Numbered from the stretch's first letter, positions 34,427 to 48,205 are shown. The stretch: 64,000 bases of DNA from Azolla caroliniana (GCA_043228905.1 JBHGNT010000001.1:16492001-16556000), one strand, 5' to 3'. The notes: generated from the sequence alone by a model not told the origin. Translations and numbers: made by a program.

Positions 34427-37400
34427 ATAACATAAGGTCATGGGTTCGAATCTTGCCATATCATGACACTATCCCCCCTTTTAAAATGACAAGTGTCACG
34501 AGTCGTTTTGGATTGAGGACCCGGTTTGTCTGGATATTGACAATGGAAGTCTTCAAGAAGAGAACGAGCATTGGTCACATTCTCTATTGGTTCGCAAGTA
34601 CACTCACTGAAACTATATCCTAGCCAATCGACTAAATAGTAGAGCTTGTTGCGAACAATCTTGGAATCAAGGATGGCAACAATCTCGTACTCAGGTCCAT
34701 CTTCAAGTTCAATCGGGGGTGGAGGTGGTTTAATACGACCTGGGATGGTGTTGTCTTGATAGGGTTCTAGGAGAGAACTATGAAACACCAGATGTATCCG
34801 TAGTTGCGGAGGTAGATCGAGACGAAAAGCAACATCATTAATCTTTTCGATAATATGGAAAGGACCTAATCGTCGATAATCCAACTTCTCGCATGGGCAA
34901 GTAGTCTTGATGTGTCGTTGTAGTAGCCATACCCGATCTCCAATGTTAAATCTGGATGGAAGCAGATGACGATCCGCGTAAACCTTGTGTGTTTGTTGAG
35001 CTTGTTGTAGCTGAGTAGATAAATCTGCTTGTATCTTGCGTAGCCGCTCCAAACGATCCTCTACACAAGGATTTCTAGGTAACTCTAGGGTTTCAAATAC
35101 ACACCACCGGGGGTGACAACCTGTGTAAGCATAAAATGGTGTAACCTTTGTCGATGAGTGGATGGAGTTATTATATGAAAATTCGGCAAAGTGGAGAATA
35201 TCGGCCCAAGCATCTTGATGATAGCTTAGAAAGCATCGAAGATATTGTTCCAGCGTTTGAATTTTTGGTTGTGCTTGGCTGTTTGTTTGCAGGTGGTAGT
35301 CAGAGGAGAGGTTACAAGTGACCTTGAGCATTTTGAAGAGGTGCTTCCAGAATTTTGAGACGAACTGGGGTCCACGATCGCTGATGATACTATCGGGGAG
35401 GCCATGATGCCGACATACCTCACGCATGACAGTTTCAGCGGTTTCTCCACTGGCGATTTCCTTAGTACATAGCAAGAAATGAGCCATCTTCGTATATCGA
35501 TCTACTACTGTTAAGATCGCATCGAATCCCTTAGAAACTGGAATATTTTTATTGAAATCTAGAGCAATGGATTCCCATGTCTTGCTTGGAATTGGTAATG
35601 GTTCTAATAAAGCATATGGATGATGCTTTGGCATTTTTGCTCTACAACATGTATCAAAAGTCCGACCAAATCTTCGACAAATCGTCGCATATAGGGCCAC
35701 CAGAATGTTCGTATTACTAAATCTAATGTTTTAGTACTACCAAAAGGCCCAACTGTATATGTTTCATGATAGTTTTGGACTACTCTGAGGCGACAAGAAC
35801 CATTAGGGACATACAAGAGTTTTTTAAAGAATAGTAATCCATCATGACATTCGAATTGTCGATAGTCCGTACTTGGTTGTAGCGACTATGAACAAGATGC
35901 TCGAGAGGGATCGATTTGTGCTAGAATGGCTTGGGCGAAAGCATCTATCTTCAAGTACTCACGTATGGTATTGATAACATGGGAATCTAATGGCATACCG
36001 AAGACCCACGTTGCTTGCAGTCGTGCCGGTCCCAAGATTACTTGCTTTTGGTTATCGAAAGTTGGCTTGTCGGGATGCGGTGCTAGATATAAGTGCCGTG
36101 ATAATGCATCTACCTTCCCTTGTTGCTTTCCCAGAAGATATGTAATTTTGAAGTCGAAACGAGTGAGGAATTGGGCCCAACGAGCTTGACATCGATTTAA
36201 CACACGAGCATTCTGAAAGTAGGCAAGGTTTTTGTGATCACTGAATACGGTGACTTGATGAGAAGATCCCTCTAGAAAATGCCTCCATTGAATAAAAGAG
36301 TCCATTATTGCTAATAGCTCCTTATCATGAATTTCATAGTTGATTTCAATGGTGTCAAACTTGCGTGAGTGGAAAGCCTTAGGATGTAGCTTTTCATCAT
36401 CGCCTTGTTGTGACAGAATGCTACCCAAGGCGAAATCTGACGCATCTGCCTCAATGATGAATGGTTTTTCCAGATCAACATAAGCTAGAATAGGAGCTGA
36501 TGTAAATGCATTCTTAAGACTCTCAAAATCCATGTCTGCTTCTTCAAACCAAACGAACGATTATCACTTCCTGGTAAGCTGTGTGAGAGGCAGAACAAGC
36601 ATTGAGTAATCATGTATAAACTTCCGGAAGGAATTAGCAAAGCCTAAAAAGCATTGCGCATCTCGCAACGAACATGGAGTTGGTGCCACTCTACCACCGT
36701 TTTGACCTTAGCTGGATCCATGGAGATGCCTTCCGAGTAGATGACATAGCCTAGAAATTCCACCTGGTTGCACCCGAAACTATATTTTTCCAGCTTTGCA
36801 TAAAGACCATGTTCTCGAAGTCTTTTTAGTACTAACAGTACATGAGAATCATGCTCGTCTTGGGTCTTCGAATAAACTAGTAGATCATCCAAATAGATGA
36901 TCTAACAAACATCCAAGAGATCTCGGAATATATCATTTTCCATGTGCTGGAAGACTGTTGGCGCATTAGTGAGACCGAATAGCATGACCGTATACTCGAA
37001 ATGCCCATATCTAGTGCGAAACACCATCTTCCATTCATCTCCTGGTCGGATTTGTACGAGGTTATATGCTCCTCATAAGTTGATATTTGTGAAGAACCTT
37101 GCACCATTGATCCATTCTAAAAGACTTAAGATAAGGGGAAGTGCATACCTATTCCTGATGGTGACCTTATTCAAGCCACGGTAATCTACGATGAGACGTA
37201 GTGATCCATCCTTTTTCTTGACAAAGAAAATGGGTGCGCCAGCTAGAGATTTCAAATGTCGAATAAAACCATTTGCCAAATTCTCCTCTATATAGGCTCG
37301 AAGGACTTCTAGCTCGGTTGGTGACAAGTTGTAGATCGGTCCCCATGGTGGTTCTTTTCCCAGTTGTAATTCAATGGGGCAATCATACGGTCGATGGTGA

Positions 37401-39225
37401 GGAAGCGTATTGGGTTGTACTTTATCGAACACATCGGCATAATGACGCTACTTCTCTGGAAGTTGAACGGTGGACTCCTCTTTAGTGGTGTTGGAGGGTT
37501 TTACTAATACTGAGAAGAGAAACATTTCTTCCTTGTGTCCTTCCTCACGCGAAATTGTTGCAATCTTATGAGTAAATCCTCGGGTTTGTCGATACTAGAT
37601 TTCTCTTGTTCTCCAATCTATCTCTGGGCTATGTAATTCGAACCATGGTAATCCCAAAACAATGGGATGTTCTGGGATACTAATTATAATGATACTACAC
37701 ATGCTAAGTTATCTAGGGCAATATTAACTAGCTCTGACTCTTCTATGATATTTCCGGAAGCAATGGGACAACCATCAATGACTACTACTTTCTTAAGGAT
37801 ATCTGATGAGCTTGGGCAAAATTCCTATCCATGAAGCATGAATTAGCTCCGGAATCTAGGAGTGCTAAGACATGTACTGAAGGGGTACTTTTTGTCAAGA
37901 TTCAAACTCTTGACATGACCATGTTATAATCTAGTATCATGGGTTAACCGATATATCTAGTAATCAGTTATGTATGTAATCGATCCATATTATTTTGCGA
38001 GCATCATGTGCATAGTTGCTCCCTTCTAGTATTTACACTTGGCACATGCATGCATACCTACATGCTCTATTGTAGATTCACATGCGTGCAACAAGTATGC
38101 ATGCCATGTAGTATAAATAGAGGAGTTCACCTTGAAGGAATTCAAGGTGAACAACACAAGTTACGGAGTCTTTCCGTTAATACTACTCATCCATTTTTCT
38201 ATCTTCTTTCTTGTCTCTTGAGCTTATGATCTATCCGTGACACTTTTAGTACTAACGGTTACTTGACCTAAGAACACATTGCTAACTTGTTTAGAGGGAA
38301 TGGAACCACTAATTGGCTGCACAGATCTAGGGTTGTCCAACCAAACAACTCCTCTTTTGGCTGGACTTAGTCGTTTAACTCTTCTTCAACCATGCCAAAG
38401 CTAAACCACTTAACAACGTGCCTACTAAACACACTCATGATGCATCGGCGGGATATCGGGAAGGATGTATTTGAATGCCTAATCGTACCTGATTAAGGAA
38501 TCCTCTAAACTGTGATCGCGTTCCATCGAATTTCATGGGAAGGTCAATCTTGGGTTCTTCATGAATCCCTTGCGTACTGGGTCCTTGTTGTTGCATCGAG
38601 TTATTGCACACGTAACGCTAGTTCCCCATGTTGTTGCGTTTGCTGCTTTTCTAAGGAGATTTGTTGAAGATCCCCCAACAACTGTTGATTTTCTTGTTCC
38701 AAAGCAAGGAACTTCTCTTTCTTTAGTTATGATGACTGGATAAATACTCTATTGTTGTAAACCAATTGTCTCATGGGCCAAATTTGGCCTTAGAAGACGT
38801 TAATACACCTTTCTTTCTTTCTTTCTTTCTTTCAAGCATTGCAACTCCGAGAAAACGGATTGATATTCTTGAGCGCAGGATGAGAGGAAAGAGGAATAAG
38901 AGAGTAGTACGAAGGGAGGGAGATGTAAGAAGATAAAAGGAAGTGGAGAGGAGGGAAAATCGGTTCAAACTATTAGGAAGCGTACTGAGACAGAGAGGAA
39001 ATTAGTACTAAGAGGAAAAGAGGGTGTAGAACACGAGAGAGAGAGAGAGAGAGAGAGAAAATGATGATGACAACGATATATTATGTGAAAGAATATACAA
39101 GGATAGCTAGGAGGCTTAATACAGGCATTGAACCAATTTGGTTCGAAATAATTCCTTGTGCCTCCTTTTATAGTGCAATGGTCAAGAGCTCGACCCATGT
39201 AACGTATGGTCATGGGTTCAAAAAT
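34427..39225 (-). mobile_element. C3: older degenerate chromovirus of the C1/C2 family; its 3' LTR is interrupted by Gypsy-A
   Basis: 3' LTR start 34468-34427, PPT 34469-34484, INT+CHD ORF 34438-35700, RH 35886-36533, RT 36644-37432, gag with a deletion near 38390, PBS 38956-38970, and an eroded 5' LTR at 38971-~39225 (approximate). Confidence 0.88.
37893..38242 (+). repeat. solo-4: solo LTR inside the C3 protease
   Basis: tgtca...tgaca termini, TSD ctttt (37888-37892 and 38243-38247), tataaatag at 38112 followed by a 12-bp hairpin. Confidence 0.92.
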
Positions 39226-39229
39226 TACC

Positions 39230-39860
39230 TTCATTCCTACTCTTGTCCGAATCGGTTGTCTCCAATCGTCTTATTTTTTACCCTTGACAACATCTGCCGA
39301 TTTCCTGGTCCTCACCTTCACTTTGTCGGCTCTTCCCTTCTTAGCTCTGCTTCCCCTTTCTTTGGTCGACCTTGGCTTCGGTTCGTTCTTTCGGGCGCTC
39401 CCCCTACATCTGGCTAGTTTGAGCCACTTAGCCAATCTTCTTCCATCTATCCATACGTCCGTCATGTCCTCGGTTTCTTCGGCCGTTCTAGATGTTCTGA
39501 CTTCTTCAATCGTTTGAAGATAGATTTCTTCACCCGTTTCAGCTTCTTGGACATCTCTCCCCCTCACGTTCAGCAAGTCGAGATGTTGTAGACCAAGCAA
39601 TGTTGAGAATTGCCGCAAGTTGTCCAGGACGAGAGGTTTGGTGAAAATATCAACAACTTGTTGATCTGTTAGAAGATGCACAACTTTGACTTCATTGGAG
39701 AGGAATTGCACGCGGATGAAATGATAGTGCACCTCAATGTGCTTCGTCCGGGCGTGGAAAACGGAATTTTTAGCGAGTTGGATGTTGATAAAGTTTTCAC
39801 AATATATGACTTTCGGATTAAATACCTCCTATAGATCCTTCAACAGTCTCTTCAGCTAGT
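39230..39860 (-). pseudogene. Ty1/copia RNase H C-terminal fragment
   Basis: FHARTKHIEVHYHFIR..QVVDIFTKPL (ORF 39271-39732). Limits approximate. Confidence 0.85.
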
Positions 39861-41950
39861 TTGTTAGCTTCTTCTACCCATTCTTTAGCTGCTTTTCGAA
39901 CATCGTCCTGGACTTCCCATTCTGATTGCTTACCTTTGCTTCGGGTAGTCACTTGTTGAATTTCGGGAGCCACCATATTAATAGTAGGTGCTTTTCTCTT
40001 GTCTCGAGTCGGACATTGGTTTGCATAATGACCATTTTTCCTGCAAATGTAGCAATTTGGAATTGATGAACCACTGGCCTCACCATGTTCATATTGCGGA
40101 CGACTAGTTTCGTTGAAATCAACGATTTCTCTTTAGGAACCATGCTGAAATTGCCTAGATGCTTTTGGCCTATTAAATTTTTTGTTTGGCGGTTTTCCTG
40201 ATAACGTCCCCCTCTATATTGTTGCCGGTGACCATTTTCTCGAGGTGGAGAGTAATCTTGATCCTGATTATTGCGATCATCCCTTCAATAATCGTTTTTT
40301 CGATCCTCTTCTCGACTTGAATCATAACTATCGTTCTGCTTGTAATCATTCCAATTATTAACATTATTCTGCTGTTGAGACTCATTCCGTCGATCTAAAT
40401 AAAATATGTATTATTAATCATCTTCCTGAGATCGGTTGGTGAACCTAATTTGGCTATCCTGAGGCGGTCGCCTTATTGAGCAAATTGTATTCACATTGCT
40501 CTTCAGAATGAGCTTCAGAATGATAAATTCTACAATGAGTACGCAGAGTGCATTCGATTGTTGAATGCCCATTGTTGAGACAAGTTGTACATTGTATTGC
40601 TTTTCGAAATTGTAACTCTTCTAGTGTTAGTAGATTACTGTGTAGTGCTGACATATCCATACTTTTCTTATTTTTGTGAGTTTGATCCATAGCAAGTGCT
40701 TTATCAATCACTTGATCAATTGACTGATTTCAAAAATCAAACACTGCTAGAGTTGTCCGCATTGGTTCAAGGATGGCTTCTAAGAATATATCCTTCAATT
40801 CCTCATCTGGAATTGTCTTCGAAATTTGAAGTTGCAAATTTCTAAAATCGAATAATGAATTGTGATACCGTTTCATGCGGTTCCTAATAAAATGCATAGA
40901 ATTCATATCTTTCTGAGGGATTTGTCGATGAAATAATTGGGTGAATTTGGTGGTTAATTGTTTGAATGTATCGAATGCTCGTAAGCCATTTTGTTGAAAC
41001 CAATTTGCTGATGGACCATCCAATGATAGGATGAACTCAGAAATTTTAGGCTTATCTTTGGCTACTACCGATAGTCTCTGAGCTCCATGGTTTATTTCCC
41101 ATGTTGTCCAAAAATCCCTAATATGCGCTTTTGCATCAGCGTCGTCTCGATATTTCGAGTAAGGGTAAGGCATATTGTTGTCACCCCAGATATCGTAAAA
41201 TGATACCTCTTCAGACTGTTGGTAGTCTGAATAATTGTCGGTTAAGTCGGGATTTGAAGACCACCTCCAACCTGTTTGTTGCTGATCAACAACAGAGTTA
41301 GTGTTGACACTTTGTGTGACAGATTGTGTATGAGGCCGTTTACATCCGATTGATGTAGTGGGACTAGACGGCATCCATTCAACTCGTTCTCTGTTGAATG
41401 CTAATGTAACCGGATGTGCCAAAATTTATTGTGTTGTTCGGCCAACAGATGACTCTCTCTAACCGATAAACAGTAGGGTCGAACGTCCTATCAAAGAACT
41501 GTGGAATACGAATGGATTATACTAGATAAATCATAACCTACGATACTGTATTTGTATCGTGATCGACTATTTTAGTTAGTACAGTTATAGCAGAATTATG
41601 GAGAACATTATTATCAACACAAGTGCTTAGAATTCCTATAACTAAAAACTATATTAATGGAAAATAGACGACAGTAGTACAATGATTTCAGTTCCTTTTT
41701 TTTAGGTAACCTGAAAGACTACCTTATCCAGAACTACAGTTTGCCTTGTCAGCAAGAAGTACAAAACTTCTAACCAACTTAAATATTCGTAATTACTATT
41801 TAATCGGCAAAGCTGTTGACTCATCGATCCACCTAGTTGATCCGACTCCGACTTTGTAGTTTCCGAACATTGTCGACTTTGACGCTTTCATACTTGTCTG
41901 ACTCATTTCCTGACCGGCTAACATTGAACATCCACATCATCATCTTTAAA
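39860..41950 (-). mobile_element. G: truncated Gypsy-A-related element (LTR remnant + gag)
   Basis: Gag homologous to Gypsy-A (MPYPYSKYRDD.., QCTTCLNNGHSTIECTLR, zinc knuckle near 40020). Probable LTR end at 41432 and PBS-like tggcacatcc at 41421-41412. Upper limit uncertain. Confidence 0.75.
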
Positions 41951-42037
41951 ATAACTTCACGAACGTCCTCCTCAGTCCGAGATCCCGGTGGTTCTGCTCA
42001 AGTAGCACACGCACGTGAGCATTTTCGCAACATCTTT

Positions 42038-42055
42038 TGGTGAACTCGACGTGAA
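42038..42055 (+). promoter_or_regulatory. PBS complementary to tRNA-Trp (tggtgaactcgacgtgaa)
   Basis: 17/18 match, with one G:U pair, to the recalled plant tRNA-Trp 3' end UUCACGUCGGGUUCACCA. Lies 5 nt after an LTR end. Confidence 0.75.
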
Positions 42056-42986
42056 GAATGGAAGGGGAGGATGAAGATGGACGAAGAATATCTCATGGAG
42101 GCAATGTCAAAGATGATGATGGAATTTTCAAGAAAAGTAAAACGATGAGGTGCGACCCAACAAGCCATTGAGATGAGAGCGTAGTCAAGTGACTCGGCTA
42201 TTTCAATGGTGCTGAAGTCCAAAATATTCTAAAAGCCTACAATGTTGAGATGGATTTGAGAGGTGTGAACGAAGCAATGAGGCTGGAGTACTTTTGTCGG
42301 GCAGTGGCTGAAACGATCTACGAAGAGATGAAAGAGCTTCAAGATGCTCACGACCCGTGGGGGTTCTTCCAAGAAACTTTACGGGAGGCATATGGATACA
42401 AAGAGCCAAAGAGACAAAGCCTATACGAGTTCGACCAATGGGTATCATTGATGAAGACCCACTAGAGAGCCATGCATGCTTTCGTTGAGTTCGAGTGTCA
42501 CTTTTCTCAACTTTTGGAGCGGGATCAAAGATTGGTGGGGGTGGATAAAGTCCTAATGTTCCCGAAATCAATAGATTTGAAGGAAAGAAAGGCCAATGGA
42601 ATCCGGCTTGAGGATGGCAATGGGGCAGATGGCGTCACTGAAAATTGGGCCTATGTTGAAAGAGTATGTCAGCAACATGACAAGAGAAAGATGGGAATCT
42701 TGTCGACAACATCATGGTCCACGAGGGACGATCAAAGGAGGATGAGATGTGGTAACACGCCACCACCGAAGGAAGAGAGCTCGAAGAGAGAAGATTCGAA
42801 CACACTCAACATAGAAGCTTTGATTAGTAAAGCATTCAAGAACTTAAAGGTGCAAGTTAATGTTGAAGAGGAGCTTAAAATGGAGCAAAAATTGATGTGA
42901 ATAGTGATCATGGAAGAAGAGACCTCCCACTAAATGTGGAGTAATGATACGGCCAATACGAAGGCCCAAGTTCAGTACGACGGTAT

Positions 42987-45900
42987 TGAGAAAGTGTTTT
43001 TAGAATTCAAGGTATTGAAGTTTACAAGAATATAAGGTATGTGCGTTCACATCCAGAGGACAAGATCACGAACCAAAGTCTCAAGGATAAGTCAAACAAA
43101 AAGCAAGACACAGTCTAAAACGAATGCTCATAACTCATTCGTTTGGAAGTCAAATATAATGTACAAATATGGGTTGGAATCTTATGAAGAGAGGTATCCG
43201 TAGCTTTTTAAAGCTCTAAATTTAGAGCTTCGACGAGGGAGATATGAGGATTTGAAGATTGTTGTGTCATAGATAAGAATAGGACTCGATGAAAAACTCT
43301 AAAAAAAGCATAAAAAAGAATGCAAGGGAAACTTATCTAGTGGAAGAGAACTTTATATAAAGCAAGAAGAGTAAGGTGGTAGAGGAGTCTCTTTCTTGTG
43401 GTGATTTCTTTCCAATTCATGTAGTGTTGTTTGAATTCTTATCAATAGATATTTGTAGTTGTATCTTCTTTCTCTCTTCCTTATTTCATGGTCAATAGAT
43501 CTTTGTAGTTTTAGATTTATATATCTTCTTTATCTTTTCTTTCTATCATCACTCTTTCATTTTGGCACTCCAGGGAGAGTCAATCTTTTCCGTATCTTGG
43601 GAAGATTGATTGTGTCTTAGTATTATGTGGAGATGGCTTTTCAATTTACCTTTGCAGGTGATGGTGTTCAGGATGCGGGAGCCTTTTTGGCATCCTTCGA
43701 GCATCACGCGGTTTCAATTGGGAAGGTGAAGGACATAGAGAAACTTCCCTTGTTGGTGGCGACTTTCTACTCAAGGGACCAAGAGTGGTATGAGTCTCTA
43801 TCTCCTAACCAACAAACCAATTACCAACTACTCGTTCAAGAATTTCAAAGCACGTTCATCAGTCGTCGTAATGTGATTGACGTGCGAGAGGAGCTCTTTG
43901 CGTTGCGCATATCAACATCAATGGAGTATTCCGAGTATGAGAGGGTGTTCAAAGATCTTTGGTCAACATGGATCCATCTACGAGGAGGTGTAGAGGATGA
44001 GTGGTTCAAGATGGATCGCTTCAAGGCGGGCTTGAATCCTTACTTTGCAATGGAGGCAAATTTGAAGGACCCAACCAATTTTCAAACTCTTCTACAAGTG
44101 TGTCAAATCAATGATAGACAACTAAAAGTGATGCAGATGGGAGATGATACAATGGTGGCTATAGCTGGTGCGAATGTGGTTCCAACTCTAAATGCTTCAC
44201 ATCTATCCTCTATTGTACATGGAGGCCAGGTTTTTCCAAACATCTTTAATTCTAATATAACTAACCAAGCTAGTATACCAATGATGCGAGATGTAGATAG
44301 TCTAAGAACTTATGGAACTTTCTCCGAGCAACTAAATCGACGCCTTGATGAGCTAATGAATCAATTCCGCCAAATGCAAGCAAGTTTCAACACCAATCAA
44401 GTTCGAGAGGTGCCACAAGAAAAATGAGTCCCAGTTTGTTATTCTTGTGGTATTGAAGGCCATATTGCTACACGGTGTCCTTCGAGACGACAAGGAGGTT
44501 TAGGAAGAGGTATCTATCAAGTTCAAGGAGGTTCAAATTACCCTAACAACCATGTGAACAACAATAATCAAGCTTCTATGAATGGAGGACCATTGCCAGT
44601 GACTCAAGTTCCAACAATACCTCCCAATGTAAATCTTCTTGATTTTATGTATGATACTGACAATGATTGTGATGTTGTTCCAATCAAGAGAACTAGAGCA
44701 ACCCATAAAGGCAAAGAGGTAGAAGGTGAGTCAAGTAACCCTCAAATAAAGAAAAAAGCTAAGGATTCTATGGACTCTAAGATGGAGAATCCTTCAAAAA
44801 GACATTGTTCAAGGAGAAAGATCAATATGAAGGACATGCCCATGGGAAAAGGAGTGGAGCCTTTCGACTTAAAGCAAAAGTTGATTACTAATGGACCCCG
44901 GATCACTTGGCCATAACTTCTTCAATTATCTCCCACATTACGAAAGGAGTGGGGGCAGCTTGCGAGTATTCGCCAAAGTCAGAAGACCGTGCATAATGTG
45001 GGGATCATAGGAGTAGAAGATCGAAAGGACATACGACCAACTATCCCTGTCTCCATCAAAGGGTTTCACATCAAAGATGCCTTGCTTGATAGTGATGCAA
45101 GAGTAAGCTTGGTTTCTAAATTGGTGGTTAACAAAGTGGGAATTCCTATTGGTAGGTCATCTTCAACAAGGGTGGTCGTAGCAGATGATGGAGTGACACA
45201 TTGCATTGTCATAGTGGAGGATGTGTTCATCGAGTGTTTCATAATAACAGGAGAAGCTCGCAACAAATACCACATCAACTTGAAGGAAAGTATACCAGTT
45301 TCCCCAAAGCTTCAGCACTTGGGTGTTGAAAGAGAACTGATACAAGAGTTCATAGCATGGTTGCAAGAAAGTTTCAATTGTAATATGGAGGATTTAAAGA
45401 GTGTGCCATCTATGGCTTTGGTTCCAACGAAGAATGAGATCGATTTCAAAACCGTGAGTAATTCGATCAAACGAGATGAATTTTCACTTCCTTTCCAAGA
45501 TGAGATTGCCGATAAAATGGTTGTCTATACAAAACAAAGTAGTGTGGACAATGTGTTGTGCCAAGAAGGATTTCATGTGAATGATTCAAACTTGATCAAT
45601 GTAATTAAAAAGATGACAATCCTAACAAGTCTCGAAGCTTTGAAGGTGTTTGTGCAAAAGGTTCGCTCGCTCAAAAGGTTTATTCATATGTTGACATGCT
45701 TACTTCGATCAAGAGTTATGTATCACATGGATCTACTCGTGTTTGGAGAGTTGACAAAGACAGTAATTGTGGTAACCTCTTTCTTTGTGTTGACAAGGAG
45801 AAAGATGGTGATGGCAATTGTCAATGTGTGTGTGGGTGTGTGTCTAGGAGTGTGAGGTCTTTTCTACCGACTAGCGGCGCTTTTACTCACATAATTTGTT

Positions 45901-46582
45901 TTATTTATTCTCTCCTTCTTTGTCTATAGCCATGAATAAGGTGAAAGAGAATTTTTGGTTTTATTAGTAGCTTAGGGTTCACCAAGAAGTAAGGGGGAGG
46001 GCTAAATGTGAAAGTGTTTTTAGAATTCAAGGTATTGAAGTTTACAAGAATATAAGGTATGTGCGTTCACATCTGGAGGTTAAGATCACGAACCAAAGTC
46101 TCAAGGATAAGTCAAACAAAAAGCAAGACACACAGAGAAAAGTAAAAGAAGAAAAAAGAGGGTCACCAAAACACAGTCTAAAATGAATCCAAATATAATG
46201 TGCAATATGGGTTGGAAAGCTTATGAAGAGAGGTATCCATAGCTTTTTAAAGCTCTAAATTTAGATAAGACGATTTGAAGATTGTTGTGTCATAGATAAG
46301 AATAGGACTCGATGAAAAACTCTAAAAAAAATATAAAAAAGAACGCAAGGGAAACTTATCTAGTGGAAGAGAACTTTATATAAAGCAAGAAGAGTAAGGT
46401 GGTAGAGGAGTTTCTTTCTTGTGGTGATTTCTTTACAATTCATGTAGTGTTGTTTGAATTCTTATCAATAGATATTTGTAGTTGTATCTTCTTTCTCTCT
46501 TCCTTATTTCATGATCAATAGATCTTTGTAGTTTTAGATTTATATATCTTCTTTATCTTTTCTTTCTATCATCACTCTTTCA
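42987..46582 (+). mobile_element. I: non-autonomous gypsy-type element (gag, decayed protease, RT remnants; no integrase)
   Basis: LTRs 42987-43559 and 46007-46582, PBS-like tggcactccag at 43563, PPT aagggggaggg (45991-46001), degenerate TSD ggtat/agtac, ORFs 43627-44427, 44554-44916 and 44989-45855 (ALLDSDA). Confidence 0.88.
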
Positions 46583-47867
46583 AGTACCACGGGAGAAGGT
46601 GTGGAACAAGCCACCTTCTTGACTTACGGAGGAACAATGGTCAAGAGAAAGGCCGAAGACTCGAGAGCGGGAAATGCCACTTTTAGAGTGGACGAGCATT
46701 TCGAAATGTGATGAAAGTGCAAGCATGAGCAAAGCTTGCATGATCGAGGGAGGTAAACAGTGCAAGGCCGACGTGATTGAGGCGGTAGCCACGAGAAATG
46801 ACATCGAGTCGGAGATGGCTATGGACGAGTCCACGACAGATGGCCATGTCAAGACTTTCCTAACACTTGATCTAGAGACTTGAGTAGTTGTGTCCAAGAG
46901 CCAACATGAGACCCAAGAGATGGAGAGTGATGGGGAAGCAAAGATTGAAGCCAATACGAATAACAACGTTGAGGGAAAGATGGCTATGGATAAGTCAACG
47001 GTGATAAATGGTCCCGAGGTTCTCCCCACAATGGTTCTTGAGACTTTGGCAGTTGTGCTGAAGTGCCAACGTGAGACCGTAGAGACGGAAGGTTGCGGCC
47101 GGAAATCGAAGGATTGAAACGGCGATGAGGAAGAGGAGGAGGATGACAAGAGGGATCCCTCCACACCAATTCCGGAGACTTCGGTAGTTCTGCCCTAGAG
47201 CCAACATTAGACCGGAAAGATGGAAGGTGGCGGTGGGGAGATGAGGGTTGAATCCAATGCATACAGAGGAACGGTAGCCAACAAGGAGGTCAAGAACAAA
47301 GCTACCATAGAGTTCGATGAAGAGCCAGAGTGCGGCAAGAAAGGAAGAACCAGAAGTCAATCCGGATGGAAGATGACGCGGTTGCTATTCCGACCCGAAC
47401 AGAAGCCAATCCGGACAAGAGTTGATAAACTGGGCCCGACCCAACCGAAACCCTATCTGGCCAAACCCGATCTGTCAGACTTGATCCAGCAGGGAGTAGA
47501 CTCTCTTGAAGCAGATTTTCTGAGTTCGATTTGGCAAAAGTGAATCCAAACGAAGGCCGGCCAAGCTAGAAGCTGATTGGTCGAGACCGATCTAGACAAA
47601 AGTTAAGCCGACCTAGCTAGAGGTCGAAGCAGACAAACCACGACACCCGATCGAGGTTGATGAGCATGAGGAAAAGGGAAGCATGAGACGAGAAAGGACG
47701 ATCGGAGGAAGTTTGGTGACTAAGGAGATGGTGGGGACTAAGGCGGCACATGTACGATGGATGAAGGGTTATGCTAAGGACGAGCAAAAAGGGGCTATGA
47801 CAAGAGGTCATGGCAATGTGAAGGGTGAGCGAATGATATGGTTAATCAGGTGGCGGCGATGGTTCGG

Positions 47868-48205
47868 GTGGAAGGAATGCACGTTCTCAAAAATGGAGGA
47901 CAAAGGACGACATGGGCGAGGTGTAAGGAAGGAGGAAATCAAAGGCCAACCACCTTTGACTCCGCCACATCACTCTTTCTTCTTGGCACATGCTGGAGGA
48001 TGTGCGGTTTGGTGGGGGTGGATGTCGTGATGTTGCGTGGAAGGAATGCATGTTCTCAAAAATGGAGGACAAAGGACGACGCGAGCGAGGCATAAGGAAG
48101 GAGGAAATCAAAGGCCGACCACCTTTGACTCTGCCACATCACTCTTTCTTCTTGGCACATGCCGGAGGATGTGCAGTTTGGTGGGGGTTGATGTCGTGAT
48201 GTTGT
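47868..48205 (+). repeat. 169-bp tandem duplication covering the 3' UTR end, PPT and first bases of the H 3' LTR
   Basis: Units start at 47868 and 48037, and both end ggtgggggt(g/t)gatgtcgtgatgttg. Confidence 0.92.

Noticed and set aside
43563-43581. Assigning a specific tRNA to the PBS of element I
   Set aside because: tggcactccagggagag does not match any tRNA 3' end I can recall confidently.
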